64,000 nt of DNA from a bacterium (GTDB taxonomy: Bacteria; SZUA-182; DTGQ01; JAFGSM01), in NCBI GenBank assembly GCA_049472335.1, contig JBLIRO010000010.1, positions 1 to 64,000 of the forward strand. Direction: 5' to 3'. Positions within the stretch are counted from its first letter, which is position 1, and each line of letters opens with the position of its first letter. Shown in pieces: positions 9,607-18,852 of this stretch. The position numbers and the translations under genes are program-made. Below the pieces are notes generated by a model. That model saw nothing but the letters and a program-made list of their open reading frames with translations, was not told the DNA's origin and did no database searches.

Positions 9607-10716
9607 CTAACCAATCTTTTCCCCGCAATTCGGACAGAATTTTGTCCCGGGAGGAAGCTCGATATCGCATTGTGAGCATTTCGGTTTTGTCTTTAGATTG
9701 TATCCGCAATTTAAACAGAAATTGGCATGTACGGGCACGACCTTTGAACAATTAGGGCAAACACTAGTGCGTACCATCTGGTGTCCGCATTTATAGCAAA
9801 AACGGCTGTTTTCAGGGGTGTGTGCGAGGCATTCAGGACATTGTATGGTTGGGATGGATTCGTGTTCAAGGTCCTTTTGCTCCGAAGAAAAGGCCTTGCT
9901 CATATAACCGGGCAGCATACCGACTCCCAATCCAATCCCTGCACCGGCACCCATTGTGCCTGCGCCGCCCTGGGCCTCCATGGATTTTGCCAGCTTGAAT
10001 TTTAAGAATTGATCGAGATTTTTCACCGCTCCCATACCACTTCGTTCGTCTATCATCTTTTGTACCTCTTCGGGCTGCGTCATTGAAGTGATAAAAAAAT
10101 CAAGCAGCTCGATGCCATATTTTCCAAACTCATCCAATAGCTTTTTCTTCAATTCCTCTGCAAGCTCTTCAAAATTTTTTGGCAGATTGAGAATCGTATC
10201 GAGTTTTTCACCCATGAGGTCGTTTAATCTGCATACAATGATGTTCCTTAAATATTCTTCAATCTGGGATGTAGTGTATGTAGCTTCCCTGCCCACCAAC
10301 TGGTTTATAAACAGAAGGGGCTCCGAAATTTTACAACTATAAACCCCGAATCCTCTCAGCTGCACAAGACCCAGTTCGCTGTCCCGAAATGCAACAGGTT
10401 CACGTGTTCCCCATTTTAAATCGATAAAGGTTTTATGGTTTATGAAATATACCTCTGCCTTAAATATGCTCTCAAAAACCCAAGGCGCGCTAAACAATTT
10501 TGTGATTATAGGAAGGTTAAAGGTGGAAAGGGTATGTCGTCCAGGGCCAAATGAATCACAGGCCTTTCTGTCTCTATAAAAGACAGCGGACTGTGTTTCC
10601 CTGACTACCAGTTGAGCCCCCAGCTTGATGTCTGCGGAACCTGTTTCCGGATAGCGATATATCATATCCACAGGAGACGGATCAGGCCATTCTACGGCTT
10701 CCATCATGATTGGCAT
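9607..10716 (-). CDS. SPFH-domain (YdjI-like) protein with C-terminal double zinc ribbons
   Basis: GAQLVVRETQSAVF, GPGRHTL, KWGTREP; C-terminal CPEC/CYKC, CPNC/CLNC, CSQC/CPNC pairs; SD GGGAGG. Confidence 0.88.
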   Translation of the reverse strand: MPIMMEAVEWPDPSPVDMIYRYPETGSADIKLGAQLVVRETQSAVFYRDRKACDSFGPGRHTLSTFNLPIITKLFSAPWVFESIFKAEVYFINHKTFIDLKWGTREPVAFRDSELGLVQLRGFGVYSCKISEPLLFINQLVGREATYTTSQIEEYLRNIIVCRLNDLMGEKLDTILNLPKNFEELAEELKKKLLDEFGKYGIELLDFFITSMTQPEEVQKMIDERSGMGAVKNLDQFLKFKLAKSMEAQGGAGTMGAGAGIGLGVGMLPGYMSKAFSSEQKDLEHESIPTIQCPECLAHTPENSRFCYKCGHQMVRTSVCPNCSKVVPVHANFCLNCGYNLKTKPKCSQCDIELPPGTKFCPNCGEKIG

Positions 10717-10986
10717 TTTATTGACCTCCCAAGTGGTGTTCTTAATAATAAGATTTAGAATTTTATAAAAGGCCTTCTTTGGATTTTGTTATCTAATTAT
10801 TTTTCGGATTATTATTTTGGAAAATTCGTAAAAACACCTTAAGTAAAAAAAAGAAAGTGCGTAAATTTTAACTTATCCAAAAGCACACGGTTTTTCAGAA
10901 GTTAAAATTTGTTGGCCTTATCTATTGGCCTTATCTGTGGATTATTAAAGAAATAAAAGTTATAATGCCATTTAGAGGAAACGCTT

Positions 10987-11943
10987 ATGTCAAAAAAAAT
11001 CTCCAGAAGATCATTTTTAAAGGAAGGTATTTCAGCTTTTAGCGCGATTGCGGCTTCCGGAATTGTGTTTCCTGGAGTCGTGGAGGGTGCCGGTCAAAAA
11101 GAGCTTGCCACTTTAATAGATATAAGAAAGTGTATAGGCTGTGAAGCATGCGTGGAGGCCTGTCAAGAGACCAACAAGTCAAAATTCCCTGAACCGAAGA
11201 AACCGTTTCCCAGGATGTATCCAGACAGGGTAAAAGTGGCGGATTGGTCCGAAAACAGGGATGTAACCGATCGGTTAATCCCTTATAATTGGGTCTTCAT
11301 TCAAAGAGCTACCATAGAATTAAACGGTGAGAGCTTTACTTATACATTTCCCCGGCGATGTATGCATTGTCAGAACCCACCCTGCGCGAATTTATGTCCG
11401 TTTGGCGCTGCCAGAAAATTGAAAAACGGGATAACCCTTATTCATTCTGGTGTATGTCTTGGCGGCAGTAAATGTAAAAGTGTTTGTCCCTGGCAAATAC
11501 CGGAACGTCAAACCGGTGTGGGCATATATCTGAATATCTTGCCCCCCTTTGTAGGAAACGGTGTAATGTTTAAATGCGATAGATGTTATAACAGGATAGA
11601 AAAGGGTGAGTTACCGGCTTGCATAGAGATTTGTCCCACTCAGGTGCAAAAGATAGGTCCGAGGGAAGAGATGGTGCGGGAGGCTCATGATATAGCCCGT
11701 GAGATAAACGGATACATTTACGGCGAGAGGGAGAACGGGGGAACCAATACCATTTACGTCTCACCCGTTTCCTTTGAAGAATTGAACAAGCGCATCGAAA
11801 AGGGGCCGGGTAAACCCCATCTGGGCCCTGTGCCCAATTTAATGGCCCATACCGATAATCTGGCAAAAGCCATGTTGATAGCCCCTTTTGCAGGCATGGC
11901 TACCTCGGGAATCCGTTTTCTCAAATACCTCAAGGAATCGTAA
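10987..11943 (+). CDS. Tat-exported 4Fe-4S dicluster protein (FdnH/HybA/NrfC-like)
   Basis: SRRSFLK Tat motif; CIGCEACVEAC, CMHCQNPPCANLCP, CLGGSKCKSVCP, CDRC...PACIEICP; C-terminal hydrophobic anchor. Confidence 0.9.
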   Translation: MSKKISRRSFLKEGISAFSAIAASGIVFPGVVEGAGQKELATLIDIRKCIGCEACVEACQETNKSKFPEPKKPFPRMYPDRVKVADWSENRDVTDRLIPYNWVFIQRATIELNGESFTYTFPRRCMHCQNPPCANLCPFGAARKLKNGITLIHSGVCLGGSKCKSVCPWQIPERQTGVGIYLNILPPFVGNGVMFKCDRCYNRIEKGELPACIEICPTQVQKIGPREEMVREAHDIAREINGYIYGERENGGTNTIYVSPVSFEELNKRIEKGPGKPHLGPVPNLMAHTDNLAKAMLIAPFAGMATSGIRFLKYLKES

Positions 11944-12012
11944 CATTTTGGTTTTCTGAAAGATTTTAAATGGTGCCTTTAAATCTTTAAATATGAATAG
12001 GCTGAAAGACGG

Positions 12013-12474
12013 ATGAAAGAGAGAAGATTTATAAAGATCTTATATCTTGTTACTCTTATAATAATGATCTTCACCGGTTTTGGTCAGATGCCCGTTTTTA
12101 AACGTTATTATCTTGCTGATATACCGGGATTAGGGTGGACTGCCGATTTCTATTTCACGCACTATATTCACTATCTGGGCGCCATTTTCCTGATAGGTCT
12201 TTTTTCTTATTTAATTTTGGATTTTTTTCTGATTGGCAGGAAAGAATTCAGGCTGTCCCCTGCTTCGTATTTTAGAGTTTTTATAATTGCGGGTATTGTC
12301 CTGACAGGTATTTTCAGGGTGCTTAAAAATTTGCCTAATATCTTGTTCTCACCTGGTTTTACACTTTTTATAGATACTACTCATCTTGGATTTACAATGA
12401 TTTTCCTTCTTACAGCTCTTTTGTTTAAGATTCTAAAAAAGGGATGGGTTATCTCTTTGAAAAGAAATGAATGA
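12013..12474 (+). CDS. Four-TM membrane partner of the FeS protein (cytochrome b-like)
   Basis: TGFGQMPVFKRYY motif, His residues in TM segments (THYIHY, DTTHLG); directly follows the FeS gene. Confidence 0.7.
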   Translation: MKERRFIKILYLVTLIIMIFTGFGQMPVFKRYYLADIPGLGWTADFYFTHYIHYLGAIFLIGLFSYLILDFFLIGRKEFRLSPASYFRVFIIAGIVLTGIFRVLKNLPNILFSPGFTLFIDTTHLGFTMIFLLTALLFKILKKGWVISLKRNE

Positions 12475-12503
12475 TGCCTTCTGTTTTTAACCAATAAAAA
12501 ATA

Positions 12504-12602
12504 CATAAGAATTTCTTTAGTGAAATAGTCTATTATATATTAAGTTGTTTTAATCCAAATTTTGATGGATTCCGTAAAAAGTTGAAGAAAATATAGTCTT
12601 TA
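12504..12602 (+). promoter_or_regulatory. Two candidate ECF-like promoter motifs upstream of the PPYN cluster
   Basis: CATAA-N18-AGTCTAT (12504-12533) and CGTAA-N17-AGTCTTTA (12573-12602). Confidence 0.35.
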
Positions 12603-12990
12603 CTATAACATTCTTTTTGTCGAAAAAGATTTTTGGTTTATTTTTTACTTTTTTCTGCCCCATATGTTATAATATAATAGAAAAAATATTTTGATTATAT
12701 TTTAGAGTTGATCCTTCAATTGGTAGGTTTTTTATACTCGTAAAAAAAATATTGAAAAATTATTAGTATAAACCCTCTCTAATTTTATCACATAATCAGA
12801 AAAATCGCAGGAGAGAGCTTAATGGTCAGCAGTATACAAGTCCGTAAAATCTCTTGTCATCATTTCATAAGGTTTTCCTTAATTCTTTTAACTAATTTTA
12901 TTTATAAGGAAGGGGGGATGTTTTTCTAAAATGCATTTTTATCCTATTTAACGATTTTTGATTATGAAAGTTGTATCAGGAGGTCATAAA

Positions 12991-13554
12991 ATGATACTTA
13001 AAAAAAGAATGCTTGAGTGGGGGATAATAGGCCTTTCTATTTTTATCACCTTATTACTTATTCGCTCCCCTGTGGCCCAAGCTCAAAACTGGGTGCCAAT
13101 ACCACCGTATAATCTGCTTTGGCCTCTTTGGTCTCCTGCTCTATCTCCACTGAATCCTGTTACCGGAGTGCCTACGCCTTTAGTAAGCACATTAACCAAC
13201 GACACGTTTTTACCCAAAGAGCCGGTGTTGTTATGGGATCCTATACTGAGGGGATTCCCGTATATTCTTTACAATATTCCCCAACCTGCCGGAGGCGGAT
13301 TAGTCTATTTTGACCAATACTTTGGTCTAAATCCTTGGCCACCGCCTTATTTGCTGGATCCAGGTGGCCTGCCTAATCCCATTAGTTTGCCGGCTGGTTT
13401 TGGTGCACTATCCCCAATAATAATAGACCCATTTGCAGATTTTTTGTCAATAGCAAACCTGTATTTTCTTGCAGAATATCCTCCGGGTTTGTTTGCGACA
13501 GCAGTATCAAACCTGTTGACAACAGCAGAGATTTGGGCGCTTCCGACTTTATAG
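12991..13554 (+). CDS. Secreted Pro/Leu/Trp-rich protein, PPYNLLWPLWSP family, paralog 1
   Basis: SD AGGAGG before ATG 12991; signal peptide ending AQA|Q; colinear with paralogs 2-5. Confidence 0.9.
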   Translation: MILKKRMLEWGIIGLSIFITLLLIRSPVAQAQNWVPIPPYNLLWPLWSPALSPLNPVTGVPTPLVSTLTNDTFLPKEPVLLWDPILRGFPYILYNIPQPAGGGLVYFDQYFGLNPWPPPYLLDPGGLPNPISLPAGFGALSPIIIDPFADFLSIANLYFLAEYPPGLFATAVSNLLTTAEIWALPTL

Positions 13555-13640
13555 GTATTCAGGTTATTGTGCACAAGAGAAATATTGAATATTTTCATTC
13601 TATTAAGCTTAGTTAATTTAAGTTATAAGGAGGAATTGAG

Positions 13641-14207
13641 ATGTATAGAAAGAAAAGATTTCTGGAATGGGCAGTAATAGGGCTTTTTATTCTTATGGCC
13701 ATATTATTGATTGGTTCACCTGCAGTCCATGCACAATACTGGCAGGCGATACCACCCTATAATTTGCTTTGGCCCCTCTGGTCTCCGGCCCTGTCACCTC
13801 CTAGTCCTCTTACAGGTGTACCCACTCCGCTTCTCACTTCTTTAACCCCGAACACGGTATTACCTGCGCAACCGGCCCTTCTGTGGGACCCTTCTTATGA
13901 GTTGCCTTTTCTGCTTTATAATATACCATTTGCCTTTGGTGGTGGAATGACTTACTTTGACCCTTACTTCGGCCTTGAGCCCTGGCCTCCATCTTATCTG
14001 CTCGATCCTCTTACGGGCGCACCAGCGCCTATAAGCCTGTCGGCGGGTTTTGGAGCACTTTCTCCGTTATCAATACTGGATACCACGGTTTTTTATGCAA
14101 ACCTCTTATATATTTCACAATATCCATGGCTCGGATTTGGAATACAAAATCACATTACAGACCTGTTAACACCGGGTGAAATATGGGGTTTGACGCCAAT
14201 TTTATAA
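13641..14207 (+). CDS. PPYNLLWPLWSP family, paralog 2
   Basis: SD AAGGAGG; signal ending VHA|Q; family motifs WDP, LYN, GGG.YFD, PWPP.YL. Confidence 0.9.
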   Translation: MYRKKRFLEWAVIGLFILMAILLIGSPAVHAQYWQAIPPYNLLWPLWSPALSPPSPLTGVPTPLLTSLTPNTVLPAQPALLWDPSYELPFLLYNIPFAFGGGMTYFDPYFGLEPWPPSYLLDPLTGAPAPISLSAGFGALSPLSILDTTVFYANLLYISQYPWLGFGIQNHITDLLTPGEIWGLTPIL

Positions 14208-14268
14208 AATATATGGCTGTAGAAAACCTTTCGTATTTATAAATGCGTTTTTAATAGGAGGGATAGAA

Positions 14269-14835
14269 ATGAACATGAAAAAGCGAATTGTTACATGGGG
14301 AATAATGAGCCTTTTTATCTTTACGGCTTCATTATTGATTGGTTCCCCGATAGTTCATGCGCAAAACTGGGTGGCAACACCACCCTATAACCTGCTTTGG
14401 CCCCTTTGGTCTCCGGTCTTGTCACCTGTGGATCCTGTGACGGGTTTGCCTACACCTCTATTAAGCTCTGTAACCAGAAATACATTTTTACCTGTAGAAC
14501 CAATAATGTTGTGGGACCCGGTATTAAGGGGATTCCCGTACATGCTTTATAATATCCCCCAACCTTTAGGCGGTGGAATGGTCTTTTTTGACCAATATTA
14601 TGGCCTAAATCCCTGGCCGCCCTCTTATTTGATCGATCCTGCTACAGGCTTGCCAAATCCCATTGCCTTGCCAACAGGTTTTGGTGCATTATCACCAACA
14701 CCGCTTGATCCTTTCGCGGATTTTGTTACAATCGCAAATCTTTACTTCCTTGCGGAATATCCACCCGGTTTGTTCGCGACATCCGTATCAAACTTGTTGA
14801 CAACAGCAGAGATATGGGGACTGCCGCCTCTATAG
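14269..14835 (+). CDS. PPYNLLWPLWSP family, paralog 3
   Basis: SD AGGAGG; signal ending VHA|Q; closest to paralog 1. Confidence 0.9.
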   Translation: MNMKKRIVTWGIMSLFIFTASLLIGSPIVHAQNWVATPPYNLLWPLWSPVLSPVDPVTGLPTPLLSSVTRNTFLPVEPIMLWDPVLRGFPYMLYNIPQPLGGGMVFFDQYYGLNPWPPSYLIDPATGLPNPIALPTGFGALSPTPLDPFADFVTIANLYFLAEYPPGLFATSVSNLLTTAEIWGLPPL

Positions 14836-14916
14836 GCATGTGATTAAAGGTTGATTAAGGCATGATAGATTTTTACTTAAAAACATTCAGTCTCTAGTTC
14901 ATAAGGAGGACTTGAC

Positions 14917-15507
14917 ATGCATAGAAAGAAAAGATTCTTTGAATGGACAGGAATGGTCATTGCTTTTTTTATGGTCATCGTATTGACCGGTCCCGTTCCG
15001 GTCCGGGCAGTTCCACTATTACCGGGCGGCGGTGTGGCAGCAACGAACTGGGCTCAATTGCCACCATACAATCTGCTTTGGCCCCTCTGGTCTCCGGTTC
15101 TTTCACCGGTAGATCCTGTTACAGGCCTGCCCACACCGCTGGTGCCTTCTGTAAGTAACGCTACAATTTTACCTGTCCAGCCTGCTCTTTTTTGGGACCC
15201 TTCCAGGACATATCCGTTTTTCCTTTATAATATCCCTCTGCTTTGGGGTGGAGGTCTGACCTATTTCGACGCATTCTACGGTCTGAATCCCTGGCCGCCT
15301 TCTTATCTGCTCGACGCGGCAGGTTTGCCTCTTCCTATAAGTCCGGCAGCAGGTTTTGCGGGACTATCACCGACACCTATACTCCCCGAGTTTGTTTTCA
15401 CAGGAAATCTCCTGTATAGCGAACAATATGGAGTGCCCATTACCAACCTCTTAACAGCGGGAGATATATGGGGTCAATTACCTCTTGCCGGCCTTTTACC
15501 AATCTAA
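14917..15507 (+). CDS. PPYNLLWPLWSP family, paralog 4
   Basis: SD AAGGAGG; signal ending VRA|V; shares several features with paralog 2. Confidence 0.9.
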   Translation: MHRKKRFFEWTGMVIAFFMVIVLTGPVPVRAVPLLPGGGVAATNWAQLPPYNLLWPLWSPVLSPVDPVTGLPTPLVPSVSNATILPVQPALFWDPSRTYPFFLYNIPLLWGGGLTYFDAFYGLNPWPPSYLLDAAGLPLPISPAAGFAGLSPTPILPEFVFTGNLLYSEQYGVPITNLLTAGDIWGQLPLAGLLPI

Positions 15508-15618
15508 TGAAGCGCTTACTTTTCCCGGACTGCTGGTATAAGTCCTGAGAGTGTAAGTTTTAGTGATGGTTATAGAAGAATCAACCATAATTTAGAAGGG
15601 CTAATAAAGGAATGGACG

Positions 15619-15644
15619 AGGCAATCTCATACTGAGATTGCCTC
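15619..15644. terminator. Hairpin between convergent genes, likely terminator
   Basis: GAGGCAATCTCA-tac-TGAGATTGCCTC perfect stem. Confidence 0.65.
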
Positions 15645-15684
15645 CATTTGCCCTTTACCCGAATAGGGTTTGGAACCATTGTCT

Positions 15685-16065
15685 TTACTGATTAAAAATC
15701 CTTTTTATCTTTGTTACTAAATCATCCATCCGGGGGGTCTTTTTCGCATAATCCGCAATACCTAAATCACGTGATAAATTCTCATCCTCAGCATCCCTCA
15801 TATTTTTGCACATAATAATGGGAATGGACTTTGTTTCTTCCGTGCTCCTTAATTTCAAAACAGTGGCAATTCCATCCAGTTTAGGCATTACAACGTCTAT
15901 AATGATGATATCAGGAGAGGTGCTTTTAGCCTCCTCAATACATTCCTTGCCGTAATTTACTTGAGAAATAATGTACATGTCATCGGATAAAATTCTTCTC
16001 AGCAAAAAGATTAAGTCGTTATCCTCATCTACGACCAGGATTTTATTTTTTGTACCGAAAAGCAT
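15685..16065 (-). CDS. Single-domain response regulator (CheY-like receiver)
   Basis: KILVVDED, PDIIIIDVVMPKLDG, TKSIPIIM. Confidence 0.85.
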   Translation of the reverse strand: MLFGTKNKILVVDEDNDLIFLLRRILSDDMYIISQVNYGKECIEEAKSTSPDIIIIDVVMPKLDGIATVLKLRSTEETKSIPIIMCKNMRDAEDENLSRDLGIADYAKKTPRMDDLVTKIKRIFNQ

Positions 16066-16129
16066 TTTTAATTCGTTTTGTAAGATAAAATATATAATAT
16101 TTTAGTTGTTTGAATATACGCTTCTAGCT

Positions 16130-18094
16130 TTACCCGGAAAAAGGGTCCTCTTTTTCCTGGTTCAGAAAAGCAGTCTGGTCCTTTATCATATTATCAAGCC
16201 AATCCATGAAACAGCTCTGTCCGTTTTGTTGAATGAGCATTTTATTGCAACATCTCTTATTTAAATTTGTATTATCCGGCGGGGATATCTTAAGGGCTTC
16301 ATAGACCAGTTTGTCATGTTCATAAACATCTTTCCTGAAGTTGACAGTGCCATCCTCGTTTACCCATGCGGTCAAATAAATCAGATGAACAGGGATCGAC
16401 TCCGGCAATCTGACTATCATCTTTTCTCCCTTCTCTATGGAATCCGTGATTTTTTCACGATTCCATTTTTTGCCGGGACTCAGTACAAATTCTGCAAGAT
16501 CGATTGGCTTCTCGATGCGTATGCATCCCGAGCTGAAGCAACGTTCCGTTCTCGCAAACAGTCCCCGGGATGGTGTGTCATGGATATATACGGCATATTT
16601 ATTGGGGAACATAAATTTTATCCTGCCTAATGGATTATTCGGACCTGGATCCTGGCGGAATGAAAAATTATTGTGGTTGACGTTCACCTTTGACCAATCT
16701 ATCGCTTCAGGATCCATTGCGCTTGCCTCGGCTTTCTTGCCAAATCCCTGTAAAATCTTCATCTTTGTTTTAGCAAAAAAACCGGGATTCCTTTTCAGTG
16801 CAGGTATAATGTCCTCTTTCACTATTGTTGATGGTACAGTCCAATAGGGATTGATTACCAAATAAGTCATTTTATTACTGAATATGGGGGTGCTGCGGCA
16901 GGGTTTTCCTACGATTGCCTTCATGTTTAAAACGGTCTTATTGTTTTCAATAACATTCAGCTCCTGATTTGCAATATTTATAAGTATATAGCGTTCACCG
17001 AAATCCTGATTAAACCATCTACACCGTTCCAGGTTCAGCTCAATTTGGCGAATACGCTCCTCTACCGGGATATTCAAGGCAGCCAGTGTATTGGGACCTA
17101 TAATTCCATCGACCTCCAGACCGTGTCTTTCCTGAAACCTTCGGATAGCCTGCTCTAAAGAATCATCATATATGTTTTGGCCATTTTCATGCTCTAAGCT
17201 TAAATCCCCTGTCATAAGAAAGCGATCCCGCAAGGTTTTAATGAAACCTCCGCGTGTGAGAATGGGGCGTCTGGGTTCGGTTTTGACCAGTTTTTTATTT
17301 CTTTTAAGGGATCGTCTGGGTGATTTTTCAATATTTTTTCGCCAATCACCCTTGTGTATTTTGGGATAATCAGGTATGGCGGCCCAGCCGCCTTTTTCAG
17401 CAATATCCTTATATTTTGCCAGGGCTTCGCGAAGATTTATGTAACCCAGGTTTTGTGGATGAAAGCTTTTCAGGGCTTCTTCCATATTGTTCGAATCAAT
17501 GGCATCCTGAAGGGCCTTGGCTAAATCATATTCTTTGTCCTTTACATTCCATTCAGGATTTATAGCTTCCGGATTGATTCTTCCTCCTAATATATGAGAA
17601 CCATAGATCAAAAAGGCATCCGTAAGCAATAGATCCAGATCAAACAGCCAGTTAGGATTAAACAACCATATATTACCTTGATTATGATTTATCTTTTTTA
17701 AAGTAGTCTCGATTTCAGCCAGATGATAATCCCCGGGTTTAAGACCTTCGAGATCGGCTTTATGTATCAATTTGATAAAGGTGTCCACTTGCGATAATGG
17801 TCCGTTGTCATCGCTCCATGCCGGCCGGTAGTTTCTTCTCGCGTAAAAAAGTGACAGCATCAAGGGCGCGTGAATGGATTCTCCCCCGACTATTAACCTG
17901 GGCGGCATCCCTGCCACTTCTATCCGGTTTCGCAGTCGTTCTCCGACCCGGTCACGGAGTGTTTTTGCGGAAACACCTTTAGGTAAGACAAAAAGGATAA
18001 GGAAAAAAAATAATACACTGATTTTAAACAGACTTATCAACCACTTTAAGAAGTAAAACCTTAAATTGATTTTTATAAAAGTACTGTTGGGCAT
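16130..18094 (-). CDS. L,D-transpeptidase of YcbB/LdtD type, copy 1
   Basis: PG-binding FQERHGLEVDGIIGPNT, NPLGRIKFMFPN, catalytic YIHDTP...FSSGCIR. Confidence 0.9.
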   Translation of the reverse strand: MPNSTFIKINLRFYFLKWLISLFKISVLFFFLILFVLPKGVSAKTLRDRVGERLRNRIEVAGMPPRLIVGGESIHAPLMLSLFYARRNYRPAWSDDNGPLSQVDTFIKLIHKADLEGLKPGDYHLAEIETTLKKINHNQGNIWLFNPNWLFDLDLLLTDAFLIYGSHILGGRINPEAINPEWNVKDKEYDLAKALQDAIDSNNMEEALKSFHPQNLGYINLREALAKYKDIAEKGGWAAIPDYPKIHKGDWRKNIEKSPRRSLKRNKKLVKTEPRRPILTRGGFIKTLRDRFLMTGDLSLEHENGQNIYDDSLEQAIRRFQERHGLEVDGIIGPNTLAALNIPVEERIRQIELNLERCRWFNQDFGERYILINIANQELNVIENNKTVLNMKAIVGKPCRSTPIFSNKMTYLVINPYWTVPSTIVKEDIIPALKRNPGFFAKTKMKILQGFGKKAEASAMDPEAIDWSKVNVNHNNFSFRQDPGPNNPLGRIKFMFPNKYAVYIHDTPSRGLFARTERCFSSGCIRIEKPIDLAEFVLSPGKKWNREKITDSIEKGEKMIVRLPESIPVHLIYLTAWVNEDGTVNFRKDVYEHDKLVYEALKISPPDNTNLNKRCCNKMLIQQNGQSCFMDWLDNMIKDQTAFLNQEKEDPFSG

Positions 18095-18852
18095 AACCTT
18101 ATCTTCTCCATTTTAAAATTAACATTTAAATGATTCTAAAGGAAATCCTTACCCTATTCACTATGAATAGATAATTTCCCTTCATTATCCCCCCTTTTTT
18201 TAATAATAAATCTCAGAGGAGAGATAAGATTCGTCTAAATACCTAAAATTTATTAGTTAATCTATCACTTTTTTGTTTGTGCCTCTCATTGTCTTATGTC
18301 TAAAAATCATATTTGTCATAATAGTTATGTCATTTGAATATTTTTTATGAAATCTCCCGGAGCATATCTTATTGTAGAAACAAAAAATTTTTTCTCCCAT
18401 ATCAAAAGAATTTGAATGAAGTCTCATCATATATGTAATGTTTTTCATTTTTAAATACCTTTAATTACAATAAGATGTTTGCATTTATTATTATTTTTAT
18501 AAAAACTGAACACCCGTTTTCCAATTTTTATTTTCTCCATTTCCGGTATTAATACTAATTTTAAAATTCATCTAAAAAGTGTCTTAAAATTAGTTTTGTT
18601 AGTTATTATGCAAAAATTTTGCTAGTGTTGTTACAAAAATTTCCTATTTGGGTAAAAACATTGAAAGTATTAAAAATGAAATGACTTGCTTTATTCACCA
18701 AAACTGCCGATAAGAAAGTATAATAATTATCTTTTTCCTTTTGGATTTGAATGTGACTACTCTTCGCGCAATAATTTAGGCCATCTTGGAGGTATGAAAC
18801 AATTTTTTAAGACGAGTTAAATAATAATTAATAATATGATATATTGAGTACT

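Noticed and set aside
9607..9609. Pyrrolysine or programmed amber read-through fusing SPFH to the next gene
   Set aside because: The SPFH protein ends at a normal-looking zinc ribbon, an SD-like sequence precedes ATA 9591, and all other TAG stops in the window behave as stops. Kept only as a minor alternative.
18706..18713. GCCGATAA as a sigma-28 -10 element before cdaA
   Set aside because: No TAAA -35 element at the expected 15-bp spacing.
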